A stretch of DNA of 64,000 bases from contig NMRA01000658.1 of the NCBI GenBank assembly GCA_002633005.1, forward strand, positions 62,001-126,000. Reading direction: 5' to 3'. The notes under the pieces were generated by a model. That model saw nothing but the letters and a program-made list of their open reading frames with translations, searched no databases and was not told the DNA's origin. Both the position numbers and the translations under genes were made by a program. This stretch comes from Phoronis australis. Lineage: Eukaryota > Animalia > Phoronida. Below, piece by piece: positions 10,956 to 22,854 of this stretch. How positions within the stretch are numbered: the first letter of the stretch is position 1; each line of letters starts with the position of its first letter.

Positions 10956-13164
10956 TAATAGATTATGTATCACGACCTTGCGGGGGAATAATCACACGTG
11001 ATCCCCACAAAACTAAGTTGTCTTGTACACTTAGTTCAAGCTTCCTGCTTACATATGGTTTCAAATCATCAAGTAACTCAGGTGGTAACTTATCCCAACT
11101 ACCTGACATAATACATGACTTAACAGTAGACAACACAGGGTCACGACTTGTCCAAAGTCTCAACTGCGAGGCAGATACAGGAGATTCACTCTTTTGCAAT
11201 GTTTGCATCAACAAAATCAGATCACCAGGGGTAGGAGCGTTTACCTCCTGAAACGGCAATGGCAATCTACTGAGAGCATCTGCAACACAATTGGTTGATC
11301 CCTTACGATAACGAATACAGTAATCATAACCTGACAACGTCAAGGCCCAACGCTGCATTCTGGCTGACGCCATAGGAGGTATAGATTTTGTCTCATGTAA
11401 AAGGGTTAAAAGGGGTTTGTGATCTGTTTCTAGTGTGAATTTACGACCCCAAACATACTGGTGCATTTTCTTAACAGCGAAAACACAAGCTAGACCCTCC
11501 TTGTCAACCATCCCATAGTTTCGTTCGACCTTGTTCAAAGATCTAGATGCATATGCAATAGGCGATTCAGTTCCATCAGGGTTTATGTGAGACAAAGTGC
11601 AACCTAAACCATACGAAGACGCATCACAGGACAGTAGTAATGGTTTATCAGGGTCATAATGAACTAACAATGGAGATGAACACAGCAGTTCCTTCGCACC
11701 ATCAAATGCCCTCTGACACTCTGCCGACCAAAACCAAGTTTGATTACGCCTCAACAACCGACTGCTCGTCCAACTCAAGTTGGTTGTAAGCGTTCGACAT
11801 GTCCAACTTCGTGAACTTTTGTCCACCGGCTAATGACGCAAACAAATCATCCATACGCGGAATCGGATAGCGGTCTAACTGAGATACTTTGTTCACAGTT
11901 AATTTGTAGTCACCACAGATACGCAATGACTGACCATCAGCCTTGATAACTGGCACAATGGGCGCAGCCCAATCACTGAACTCAACTGGTTTAACGATGT
12001 CCAGCCTCTGCAAACGATCCAACTCCTATTCTAATGCGCATAGCATGAGGCACAGAGCGAGCTTTGTAGAACAGTGGTGTGACGTCAGCGTCCACATGAA
12101 TTTTAGCCTTCACATCGCGCAAGGTACCTAAACCTGGTTCAAACAAAGTTGGAAATTCATCCAACACATTTTTAGACACATCAACTGAGTTAACTGGTGT
12201 TCCTTGCATGTTGAACTCGCGCATCCAACTGCGACCTAACAACGTTGGACCTGCACTCTCCACAATCCACAACTTCAGATCCTTGACACAACCACGGTAT
12301 TTCACAGAAACAATGCACGAACCGGTAACCGGTATCGGTTCCTTAGTGTACGTACGCAATGGCAACTCTTCTCTGACGAGTTCTGGACGCGAATCATCAC
12401 TCCATGTCTCGAAAAATGTCTCACGAGACATAAGTGAACGACTGGAACCATTGTCAACCTCCATGGTAATAGGTATTCCATTAAGGGTCAATGACAACCT
12501 GTCGGGCTCATCACCGATAGTTTCATTTATGTGATACACACCATAGGCATCCACCTCCAGAGTGTCCTCTTGAGACGTTTCTTGAGAGCCTGCAGACACA
12601 GATACATGGTGGGTTGAATGACACGCCTTTTTAATGTGCCCTATCTTACTACATTTGTAACATGTGGCGTTTATGAACCGGCACTCATGAGCCTTGTGCT
12701 TGCCTTTGCAACGCCAGCATGATCCATTGAAGTTTGACGACGTGGAGCTATTTCCACGAGTTCTACGAGACGCAGGGTTGGGCTTGGGTTTCACTCCACC
12801 CGCAGCTCCAGCTACTTTGTGAACATCTTGCGGTGCTGGGCGGATTTCTTTAGAGTCCTTCATCGCCGCCTCCATAGCAACCACAATGTCAACGGCATTT
12901 TGAAACTTCAAATCTTTCTCTCGTAAGAGACGTTGTTGCATTTTATCTGAGTAAAGGCCCATAACCAACTGGTCTCTCAGACGCTCCTCAAGTGTAGTTT
13001 TAAAATCACAGTGAATACTTAGGGTTTTCAAAGCCGCAATATAATCACGGATGGACTCTGTGGGCTTTTGTATCCTTTTCATGAAGCGGAAACGTTCCAT
13101 AATCACCACCGGTTTTGGGGAGTAATGTTCTTTCAGCGCAGCGACGCACTGTTGAAACGTTTTG
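10956..13164 (-). mobile_element. Truncated Ty3/Gypsy (Mag-like) retrotransposon B: gag, protease, partial RT, RNase H
   Basis: Gag KEHYSPKPVVIMERFRF...RLRDQLV, two CCHC knuckles (CWRCKGKHKAHEC, CYKCSKIGHIKKAC), protease MEVDNGSSRS, RT WAAPIVPVIK..LRICGDYK, RNase H LSCDASSYGLG...ETDHKPL. Internal RT deletion near 11755, no integrase core, 5' end lost in the gap. Confidence 0.92.
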
Positions 13165-13660
13165 NNNNNNNNNNNNNNNNNNNNNNNNNNNNNNNNNNNN
13201 NNNNNNNNNNNNNNNNNNNNNNNNNNNNNNNNNNNNNNNNNNNNNNNNNNNNNNNNNNNNNNNNNNNNNNNNNNNNNNNNNNNNNNNNNNNNNNNNNNNN
13301 NNNNNNNNNNNNNNNNNNNNNNNNNNNNNNNNNNNNNNNNNNNNNNNNNNNNNNNNNNNNNNNNNNNNNNNNNNNNNNNNNNNNNNNNNNNNNNNNNNNN
13401 NNNNNNNNNNNNNNNNNNNNNNNNNNNNNNNNNNNNNNNNNNNNNNNNNNNNNNNNNNNNNNNNNNNNNNNNNNNNNNNNNNNNNNNNNNNNNNNNNNNN
13501 NNNNNNNNNNNNNNNNNNNNNNNNNNNNNNNNNNNNNNNNNNNNNNNNNNNNNNNNNNNNNNNNNNNNNNNNNNNNNNNNNNNNNNNNNNNNNNNNNNNN
13601 NNNNNNNNNNNNNNNNNNNNNNNNNNNNNNNNNNNNNNNNNNNNNNNNNNNNNNNNNNNN
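13165..13660. other. Assembly gap (run of N)
   Basis: Continuous N run. Confidence 1.
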
Positions 13661-14919
13661 ATAACTTGTCCACAACAAAAATTCCGCATGCAAGAAAAGT
13701 ATATAAAGAAACAGCATTGTTAAAAACAATTGTAATTTTCCCACGCAAAGGAGTCCATAATCAGGCATATCAAAGGCTGAATTTCTGAATTAGGTTCAAT
13801 TCTCTCAGGTTATTTCTGAAAGATTACTTTTCACTTTGTCCAAAGGTAAAATAGATGGTCAGGCGGCTGGTTTCAGTCGTTTTCTCTCACCTGTAACAGA
13901 ATACTCAGAGAAATGTTAGCAAATTATAACAGAAAACACAAGACAAAACTACTTTAGTAAGGCAGAACATACTTGACGTTTCATCTTCAAGTTTATATGC
14001 AGAAACTAAATCTTTGTACCCAAGTCTTATTTAAGATCTGAATTAAACTATGTGAAACAGGCTAAAAGTGACTTAATAATGTGTATTTTTCACGACACCT
14101 AAAATGAGCATCTGACCTAAACAAGTAAAATTCATTCTAAGTGTCAATTTTTATTCCAATGCAATGTTATGACGTTTACTGAATAGCTTATTCATGTTAA
14201 TTCGGTAACTAATCTGGTAGTCCTGGGGGTGGGGTCCGCTATGAAATAAGAAAACTCACTCGTCTAGAGAATTTTATTGGACATAGCATAGCTTTGAAGA
14301 GAGACTGCTTTGAAAAAGGCACCCCTGACTTCTGAGCGTCATGTACTACACACCTCTTATATTGGGCGCATTCCCACTCTTGGAGGACAATATGTGAATA
14401 TGTGCTGCTAGTCTACCTAGCATACGAGTCCTGGGTGAGTTTCCGAAAAGAAACACTTAGTTCCATTCAATAAACCCGTTATTCAGTGGGGTAACTGGTG
14501 GGGATAACATCACCGAAAGATGTCGATTGAAACTTGATTGCTAAAAACTTACCAAGTAACCTTATGTAGTCTCATAAAGGGGCATCGGCATCCACACACT
14601 TTTTCTCAGTTGGTTGACCCTTTTGAACGCAATGCTCCACGAATGTAGTAACCTTAGGTCTTTTGGTAATTTGTGACCACCTGGCGAAGACTTGCACCAG
14701 GGAAAATACCAATAATAAGGCTTAGCGCGACGACGTATTTTGATAACAATCCGTCTTTTTACCAGCTGTTTACATGCAGACAGCGACGCATGCGCAATTC
14801 AATCACCACTAGTACAGCAGCGACACCGCGAGGAGAATTCTCCGAATAGCCCCATTGGGAACTGGTACTTTCTGCCCTTGCTAAGTCTGGTATACCTTTG
14901 TCACCAACCAAAACGGTCA

Positions 14920-16340
14920 TTTCCCCCAAACGCACAACTATCCTGGGTTGGATATGGGAAGGTGGCACCCGTCAGTCTAGCAGTCATCTCTGCACTTGCT
15001 TTGTGCAACAAGCCTACAACCGTGCGTCAGATGCGTTCATTCATTGGTGCCTTCAAGGTTCTGTCTAGGGTTATCCGTCATTGCTCCGCCTGTATGTCTC
15101 CACTGGATGATGCTATTTCAGGTCGCAATTCCAAGGATCCATTGACATGGACCTATGAGCTTCTCAGTGCATTTTCTGCCGCCCAGAAGGCACTCTCGCC
15201 TAACAAGGTCATCACACTCCCCCGGCCTGAGGACAACCTATGGATTGTGACAGATGCCTCTACCAGGCACCCAGGGATAGCAGCCACCTTATATGTTACG
15301 AGGGAAGGAAAACCCAAGATTGCCTCCTTTTTCAGCGCCAAGCTTAAGTCCCGCCAAGTACTTTGGCTCCTCTTTGAGGTTGAAGCTTTTGGCAATTGCC
15401 GTAGGTTTGAAGCACTTCAGCCCATACCTCATCGCTTATGTAGAGGTGAATTTTCTTTGAGTCCTCGAGTGTCTACATTTTTGACAGCTGTATCTCGGTT
15501 CCAAGCTACTGTTCGGCATGTTTCAGAGGCCGCAAACATCGTATCAGACTTTGCAAGCCGACATAGTATTGAGTGTTCAGACATGGCGTGCCAAGTGTGC
15601 TCCTTTGTGGCTTCTACCGAAGATTGTGTGGTCTTTCGTTCATCCACAGACGACATCTAATCGGGTCTGTCGAGGCTTCCGTTCACTACCCGTTCTGCTT
15701 GGCATAGTATCCAAACTGCGTGCTCAGACCTTCGCCGTACTCATGCTCATCTCATGCAAGGTACGCGCCCCAGTGAGAAGCTGACTGATGTTCGAGATGT
15801 GAAGCGTTACCTAAACATTGTCAAGGTCGCTAGTCATGGTTTATTAGTTGTCCGTAGAAATGCACCCCTCGCTCCAATTCGCGAATGCATAGTTGTTCTT
15901 AGACGGTCTACTCATGGCTCTTCAACTCCGCTTGGATCAACCCTCATCCAATCAGCTGAGGCTAGTTGCCCAACGTTACTTCTACGCCCTCGACTTGGTC
16001 TCCGCCATTGACAGATGTTCCAAATCTTGTCACCAGTGTTGCTCCTTTCAGACATTCCCCAAAACGTTGATGACTCAACACTCTTCTGACCCTCCCCCGA
16101 CCGTCGGTCTGTCTTTCGCTGCAGATGTCATGAAACGAGAATTCCAATTGATCCTCGTACTGCGGGAATGTGTGTCCTCCTACACCGTCGCACGCATATT
16201 GTAGAGAGTGAACGCCGTAACGACTTGCGAGATTGTCTCAAATGTGCATAGAACTTTGCCCTTTGGATGGTTCTCCAGCAGTTATCCGTACGCATCACGC
16301 TTCCGGCTTCAGTGCTTTGAAGGACGATGATCTCTTTAAC
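14920..16340 (+). mobile_element. Degenerate Gypsy retrotransposon (same type as A), 3' part: RT end, RNase H, integrase N-terminus
   Basis: KPTTVRQMRSFIGAFKVLSRVI, LWIVTDAS (RNase H), SPRVSTFL..VSRFQATVRH...NIVSDFASR, then H(Q)PS..QL...RYFYALDL...C.SCHQC zinc-binding region and GLSFAADVMKR (integrase). Several frameshifts. Confidence 0.85.
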
Positions 16341-16814
16341 GACCTGGTCTCAAAATGCCCATGTGGTTTCAGTATCCGAAAATACTTACTACATAAAATC
16401 TTATTTTCGACACCCTTTCTTTATATTCTTTTCGCCTTTCTTGCCAAAAGCGATTTTTAACAGTATTTGACCCTTCTCTGTGAGCGTGTAATTACCGGCT
16501 GTCATCTGTTATTTCCGTACCCACACTTCCGGCTCATCAGTTCAGGAACTTGTCCTGAACGCCGCCATTTTTTCTCGTAACTGAATGTGCTATCGCTTGC
16601 TCGAAAAGTCTTCATTATTTTGTTTTATTAGTAATATCTCGTTATTCGTTTGCATATGTAGTGTATTTATAGTTTGTTGTTAGTGGTCGTTGAATTTTTT
16701 TTGGAATGTTACGCGTACTTAGTATGTTAAAATAGCATTGGAGCTTAGTTCCTTACGTAGGCCCGTCGAACCTAGGAACCAGTATGGGTCGAACCAATTT
16801 TTTTTCGGTTTTAT

Positions 16815-16995
16815 TTTGTCTCGCTTTGAAAAAGTATTTTGCTATCATCGGAAAGGTTGTGCATTCTACTCAGTAAAAATTGAAAAAGTATCAAAATCGG
16901 GGCATTTTTTCTCGTTTTGAAAAAGTACTTTACTATCATCGGAAAAGTAGTGCATTCTACTCAGTAAAAATCGAAAAAATATCAAAATCGGGGCA
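16815..16995. repeat. Tandem duplication (about 90 bp x2) within a putative DNA-element insertion
   Basis: TTTGAAAAAGTA..TTGCTATCATCGGAAAG..TGCATTCTACTCAGTAAAAAT.GAAAAA.TATCAAAATCGGGGCA occurs twice. Confidence 0.8.
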
Positions 16996-17779
16996 AGCAG
17001 TGTAAAGTTATAGCAAGTTTTATGGCGAAATTTGGGTCACTTTGTTTGGATAGCGTCGGCAATATTGGAGGACAGCGGGATACGTAACGAGTTTAAAACT
17101 TTGTGTAAATTGTTTTCGCCAACAAATTACGGTGAAATTTAGTTAGACATATCTTCACTTACTATTCTGCATGATTCAACAATGTTCACCAAACTTTCAG
17201 CCTCGCAGTTGTTATACTCTTTCAGTGATAAATGTGCTCACAATTCCCGTTGGGCTTCGTCTCATTTCTGGCGGCACCGACAACATGGCGACTTTTGCTG
17301 AACTGAAAGGCATGTTCAGCCGGCTACTTTGTAATTTGTGAAGATTTAAAGTTGATACATTTTGACAAACGTTGCTACAAAAAGCGAACTTTGTTCAATT
17401 TTCGTGTTTTTGTGCAAAAATATAAGATATATTCGAATTATTTTACTGTAAATTTCCCATTCAGATGATCCTACACTAAGCTAAAAAATAGTTGAAATAA
17501 TTTTGAAATGGTTTTGTGTTTGACTGTCAACTGCTGTTCAAGTGACTTGATTCGGTGTCACAAAATGATTCATATTTTTCTAAATTTTAAGTCTCAATTG
17601 CTTTCAATTCATGTTTTGTAACTTCTAGCTTCTTAATTCAGGTTATCAAGTCAACAATATGAATAATCTTAATTTGAGAAATAAGCTATGTTGGATTGTG
17701 AAGCTTCAAGACTCTAACTCTTGTTCCTTGCAACTTCAAATTTTTTAAACATATTTGTCAAATTCTGGTGTAAGGAAAC

Positions 17780-18210
17780 ACTATTCCGTCACCATGAAAA
17801 TAGTTACACCGTCCGAAGATCTGACTATCAACCCTGGTCCACTTGATGCAACGTCCGAGGCAGCTGATGTAGGCCTACCTGCAATTTAGTCACGGAATGA
17901 TGCCCCTCCTCGACGCTCTAGGAGGCCTCGTCGCCTTCCGCCATATCTACGGGACTTTGTTTTGACCTAATGTTTGTTCATATAATCCGTCCTATACCCC
18001 TTTCGTATTTATAGACCTTAAGTTCAATTGGGTTTATGCGTTTTGGTTCCAGAGCCCGTACGGACTTTGTCCATTTAAAGTTAAAGAGACGTTGCGCCAT
18101 TATTTGTGTACTATTCGTACGTATTATTTGGTTACTGTCTTTCCGGTCGCTGTTCTACTAAAATACAGACGTTCATGTAAGCCAAGCGTCTTTTATTATT
18201 ACTGTCGCAC
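17780..18210 (+). mobile_element. Gypsy integrase C-terminal tail and probable decayed 3' LTR
   Basis: PRRSRRPRRLPPYLRDFVLT* (about 17908-17970), typical of Gypsy pol C-termini. It is followed by a purine-rich tract (about 18078-18089) and an LTR-like segment. Confidence 0.55.
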
Positions 18211-18845
18211 CATTTCCTAGCAACGATTCATAACTTGAAATTTATTTTAGCGTGGTTATAAACCCGCCTCTTATCAAAAATCTAAACTTTGATTTAGATC
18301 ACTTATCTGGTACTAACTTGTTAGTAATTCGGATTAGAGGCTATTCCTGTAGGCTTGGAAAGAATTGACATTTCGTTATCATTCGATATGAGGCTCGATA
18401 CGTTGGCTTGTCAAGACGCGTTTTTTTCATTACGAACATGGTCTGAAACCCTACCAAAGTATCAGCTCTTCCATCGCCCGGAAATCGTTTCCCGTTTGAG
18501 TAAATAGGAACAATTTGAGACCAATTTCATAACGGAACGTGATCTAAAACAAGTTATTTTTGACGGCTAAGGAAGGGTTTATTGTCGTGTTGTTTAAATG
18601 TGGTAGAAAATGGTAATTTAGTGAGAACAACGTTCATTGGCTGTAAAAAATGAGGGAATGGCATTTCCTCGCGACTACACCGTGACACAGCATCCCTAAC
18701 GGGAAACGCCTTCAATTATTGACGTAGTTAACAGAACCAATAGCAAGACTTCTCGAGCGACCGTATCGCAGCAGTCTTTAAATGCCGGCGCTCTGACATC
18801 AATACTCATTGCTCTTAGACGTCTGCTTCGCACATCGGCTGGATA

Positions 18846-19865
18846 ATGGCCACACAATCCATTCAAAATGCTACATTTGTTGAAGATTCGTTTTCTAATG
18901 AAACCACTCTCTTCAACGAAACTGATGCTATGATGGCTTGGTACACAAAAAACAATCTACCGCAAGAGTTTATGCTTGTGTTTATGGTTTATGACTCTTT
19001 GGTTGGCTGCATGATATTGTTTGGCAACGGATTGATCTGCTACGTCTTTCTAAGATACAAGGAGGTACGGGCAGAGAACATCAGCATCGTCATCTTTGGC
19101 TTAGCTCTGAACGATTTTGTTACTGGCCTGTCGATCACTGCCAACGTCATCAGAAAATATGTCATTCCTCTTTACTGGTACATACTACCAATGAGTGTCT
19201 TAACGAGCCACAGCATGTGTCTGTTCCTGGTCTACGTCACGACCTTCCCACTGTGCACGACAAACTCTATCCTTGTGGTTCTGGCGATTGATCGGTTCAT
19301 TTTCATCCGTTTTCCTTTGAGGCATGCCTCAATCATGACAAGACGCGTCTATAAGAAACTCATCATTGCCGCCTTCACTTACGGACAGCTGTGCCTTGTA
19401 TATTTTGTCATCGTTTCCGGTGACGAATTTGACGGCCACAAGACCAAGTGCGTGTTTGAATCGCTTGTCAAGAGAAGACCATTGCAAACCACCTTGTCAG
19501 TTTTGTCCTTGTTCCTACCCATAGTATTCTGTAGTGTCTGCCACTGCTATGTCGGTTTCAAGGCCTTCTCTGCGAGGGCACCGGCCAGTCGAGTTCCGGC
19601 GCAATTTACACATCGACAGAGGAATGAGATTAAAATTACAAAGATGTTCTTAAAATTTGTATTATTTTACTTGATGTGCGTTTTACCAACGCCGATATTG
19701 TATAAAATATTACCTGTTGCCACCGACAATGAGCCGTTAAGCTGGACTTCATTGCGTTACATAAGCATAGAACTGATGTATCTTAACTCGATGATGAATC
19801 CGCTATTTTACGGCACGAATGAACTTGTGTTTTCCAAAGCTATTCGTAAATTTTTTCAGAGGTAG
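18846..19865 (+). CDS. Class A (rhodopsin-family) G protein-coupled receptor, intronless, orphan
   Basis: 339 aa with 7 hydrophobic segments. N-glycosylation sites NAT/NET/NET, TM1 GNGLI, TM2 LALND, DRF at end of TM3, FPLRH, ECL2 Cys, TM6 CVLP, TM7 NSMMNPLFY, helix 8 FSKAIRKFF. Confidence 0.93.
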   Translation: MATQSIQNATFVEDSFSNETTLFNETDAMMAWYTKNNLPQEFMLVFMVYDSLVGCMILFGNGLICYVFLRYKEVRAENISIVIFGLALNDFVTGLSITANVIRKYVIPLYWYILPMSVLTSHSMCLFLVYVTTFPLCTTNSILVVLAIDRFIFIRFPLRHASIMTRRVYKKLIIAAFTYGQLCLVYFVIVSGDEFDGHKTKCVFESLVKRRPLQTTLSVLSLFLPIVFCSVCHCYVGFKAFSARAPASRVPAQFTHRQRNEIKITKMFLKFVLFYLMCVLPTPILYKILPVATDNEPLSWTSLRYISIELMYLNSMMNPLFYGTNELVFSKAIRKFFQR

Positions 19866-20526
19866 GTTGTTTGTAAGCAGAACTGCTTGACTGAAGCATG
19901 TGTCAGAGCGTGCCATCGTGTGTTAGTCCGATATCAACTAATTAATCTGTGGTTTGTCATTTGTGAGATTTATTGTAGCAACACGCACCTGTGTTTTTAT
20001 TGTTATAGTACGTTTTTTTCATGCTCTACAGTATTTGGTTCTGTTATTTTTGTGAAACTAAAGTAAAGCAACAGAAAACATATCAGAAATGTTTGTCTCT
20101 AGCCCCTAAATATAACAATTCAATAGATCATAGAAGAAAGGTCACAGCCCTGGAATGCCAACTCCCGCACGTGAGCAAAATATTCTGTCATTGGAGCTTG
20201 TGACCACGAGACTAGCCGCTAGAGTTTTCACTGTAAATTTCTTCGCTAGTTTCCTGCGTGTACAAAACACGCAGGTATCATTCAGTAGCAAGCGTTTTAT
20301 CACTAGTGGTTCATGTAACCTCGGCTGTCAGTGGTTAGTTTTACAACAAAGAAAGAAAATGGCGGACTATGAACGATTTTTAGCCTTGTCAATGAAGCAA
20401 GTAGCGTAACAGCAACTATTTCGTTTCTGCAGTAATGTTTAATAGCCGCGTGCCTGAAGCACATACATGTACAACAACACACACCCGCTGTGCCTTGAAC
20501 TTGTAACATTTCCCGGAAGTAGTTAA

Positions 20527-21461
20527 GAGACAGTCCATATAAAATCAGTACATTTTCAAAAATCAGCCTTTACGTCAAAATTCAACTCCGTCTTCAAAAT
20601 TGCACTGTAGGCCTATGTTTCAGCAACGAAAATAAGTAACTTACAAAATAGATGAAAGTTATATTTTGGCGACTGCAATAATGAACGTATATAATGTGTA
20701 TAATTCTGTGCCATCATAGCTAGACTATAGTACATGAACCGCCAACTCCGTATACTTTCAATGGACGAAATCTGTGCTCTTCCGCACAACGAGTGTCATT
20801 ATTCACTAGCGACACCTGGCCCCAGTGGCATAGCGAGCACCTTGGATCACACTGACCTCCCCTTGCTACGCCACAGCGTCAGTCACTCAATATGTTTGTT
20901 ATGAAGTCGAGACCATTACTTCTGTTTAGTTCATGTCTGTCATGAATGAGTCATTAATAAAATTGTTTCTCGTGAATTATTTTCTATTGACTGTGAATGT
21001 GTACCTTTTTATACCACTGATGATAATACTGGCAGAAATATTCAGAGTTAGGGTGCCCGGTGTGTGAGGGGGAAACACAAGATTTCTGGCTACTGATGGC
21101 GACTAAAATTTGTAGCAACCAGCACGGACATTACAATATGAACCCAAAGTTACAATGACTATTGGCAAGTTGAAGGATTTTTAGCGCTGAACAGGGGGCC
21201 ATATCCACCTTGGGTGCCTTCCTTTGCCTGTGGCACGAACAAGGCAGATAGANAATGCTAGTAAAATGCATTCAAACATGTCTACTTCGACGCCCAATTT
21301 TGTTGCAAAATGGAGGTACAGGTCATAAAAAGAAAATCAGTGAATGAAAATTCTTAAAACGTGAGGTTTTTCTACATCTCAACAAACCAAACTCGTGCTA
21401 AGTTTCAAAAAAAATCTGTGATTTTGGGTATACACCTGTTGGTTTTTATATGGAGTCACTC
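20527..21461. mobile_element. Non-autonomous DNA transposon with TTAA TSD and GAG...CTC ends (Sola3- or Kolobok-like)
   Basis: ttaa|GAGACAGTCCATATAAAA ... TTTTATATGGAGTCACTC|ttaa: imperfect TIR of about 20 bp flanked by TTAA on both sides. Confidence 0.65.
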
Positions 21462-21485
21462 TTAATACTATCCAATGTAGTCAGC

Positions 21486-21665
21486 AGTGGCGGGTTTAGG
21501 GGGGGGGGCATGCACCCCTACAATTCTACCAGATACCGTTTGGGAGTTCGGGTGCGCGCAAGCTGGGGCTCGTCGGGGGGTGAATAAACAACGCATAGGC
21601 CCTGAACAAACTGAACAAACCCCGTTTACCGTTTTTTTTTAGTCAACAGGTCCGCAACCCCAAAC
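21486..21665 (+). mobile_element. Fragment of the CAGTGGCGG-type GC-rich MITE family
   Basis: Starts CAGTGGCGGGTTTAGGGGGGG and is similar to 42678-42938 and to the reverse complement of 34680-34985. Confidence 0.6.
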
Positions 21666-22091
21666 ATTCGAGTTTTGCTTGACTTGACACTCTTTTACTT
21701 AAAATCACGTTTTTAAAATTTTTGTTGATAAACGCATACTTCGCCAACGCCTTGTTCCTTTTTATAAATGATAAATGCTCCACAAAACTGAATTTGTGAC
21801 AAAAAGTTGACGCTGAGTGGACTTTTAAGAGGAAAATTTCCAAACCAGTACGTGACGCTGTCTGGACACTTGACACCTCAGGTTGTTACACCAAATAAAC
21901 GCCCATGGGCGTGTATCTGGCATAATTTTCCGAATAAACGCCCATGGGCGTTTCATCGGGTGGGCTTATCTGCGGAAAGCCCCGGTATGTAACCTATATC
22001 ATTCTATATTTATCTCATTGACAGACGAGCGAGCAATACGATAAGTACACCTAGCTCATTGCGCGATTCTGTAGAGGTTAACTTCTATTTC

Positions 22092-22165
22092 TCGCTGGTT
22101 CCCTGCGTGCCGCTAGGTGGTCGGTAGCCAGTACGTGCTGGCCAGGCACGTAGGGAACCAGCGAA
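22092..22165. repeat. GC-rich stem-loop
   Basis: TCGCTGGTTCCCTGCGTGCC pairs with GGCACGTAGGGAACCAGCGA (20 bp, one mismatch/G-U). Inner hairpin CCAGTACGTGCTGG. Confidence 0.8.
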
Positions 22166-22854
22166 CTTTGATTTGGGCGTTGTGGTTTCCTCGTCGTCTG
22201 CTTTTCATGACATAACCTACTGATGTAGTGGCCGGAGGAAACAGTGGCAACGGGAGGAGGGGGAGACAGTAATGACTACATGGGGGAAGAGTAGAGGCTA
22301 TTAGAGCTACCGGTGAACTGTGGTGACCGCCGGGGGACAAAACAGTTGAGCAACTGAGGAGAGAGTAGCGGCGGGGCGGAATGGCGAGTCGAGGCAAATA
22401 TGTGCCCTCAGTAATTTGCATTTACCTTCCTTCGTGCCTGGAAACATAACATTCGTTTTTATAAGCAGACAAACTAGTCTTTTTATTGTCTTACATCGTA
22501 AAACCCTTTGTAGTTTAACTTTAACTAGTTATGGTTTATGTTTACATGATTCATTGAAATAATACAATATCTCAGTGGCCCAACATCTGCACTTTCCTCA
22601 TTCCGACCGAAATTTCGAGCGCCACAGTCCCCCCCTCGTCGCCAGCGATTTCTCGCAGCCTAGAGCCACCTCTTCCTCTCACAGCCGTTTGCAACGTCCC
22701 TCGGTTTGCCGTCACCCGTTTGGGTGTCCCCCTGCCGCCCACCTCACTTTCGGGATGCGGTGTGGAGAGGACCTCCCAGCTTCGCTGCGGCAGTACGCAA
22801 TTGTATCATTGTGAATCATGGACCGATAGTCCACGATAAAACGCGCATGGACGG

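Noticed and set aside
13045-13788. Long ORFs of about 200 aa in all frames
   Set aside because: Artefacts of the N gap (poly-X).
18846-19865. Opsin assignment for the GPCR
   Set aside because: No retinal-binding Lys in TM7 (ISIELMYLNSMMNPLFY).
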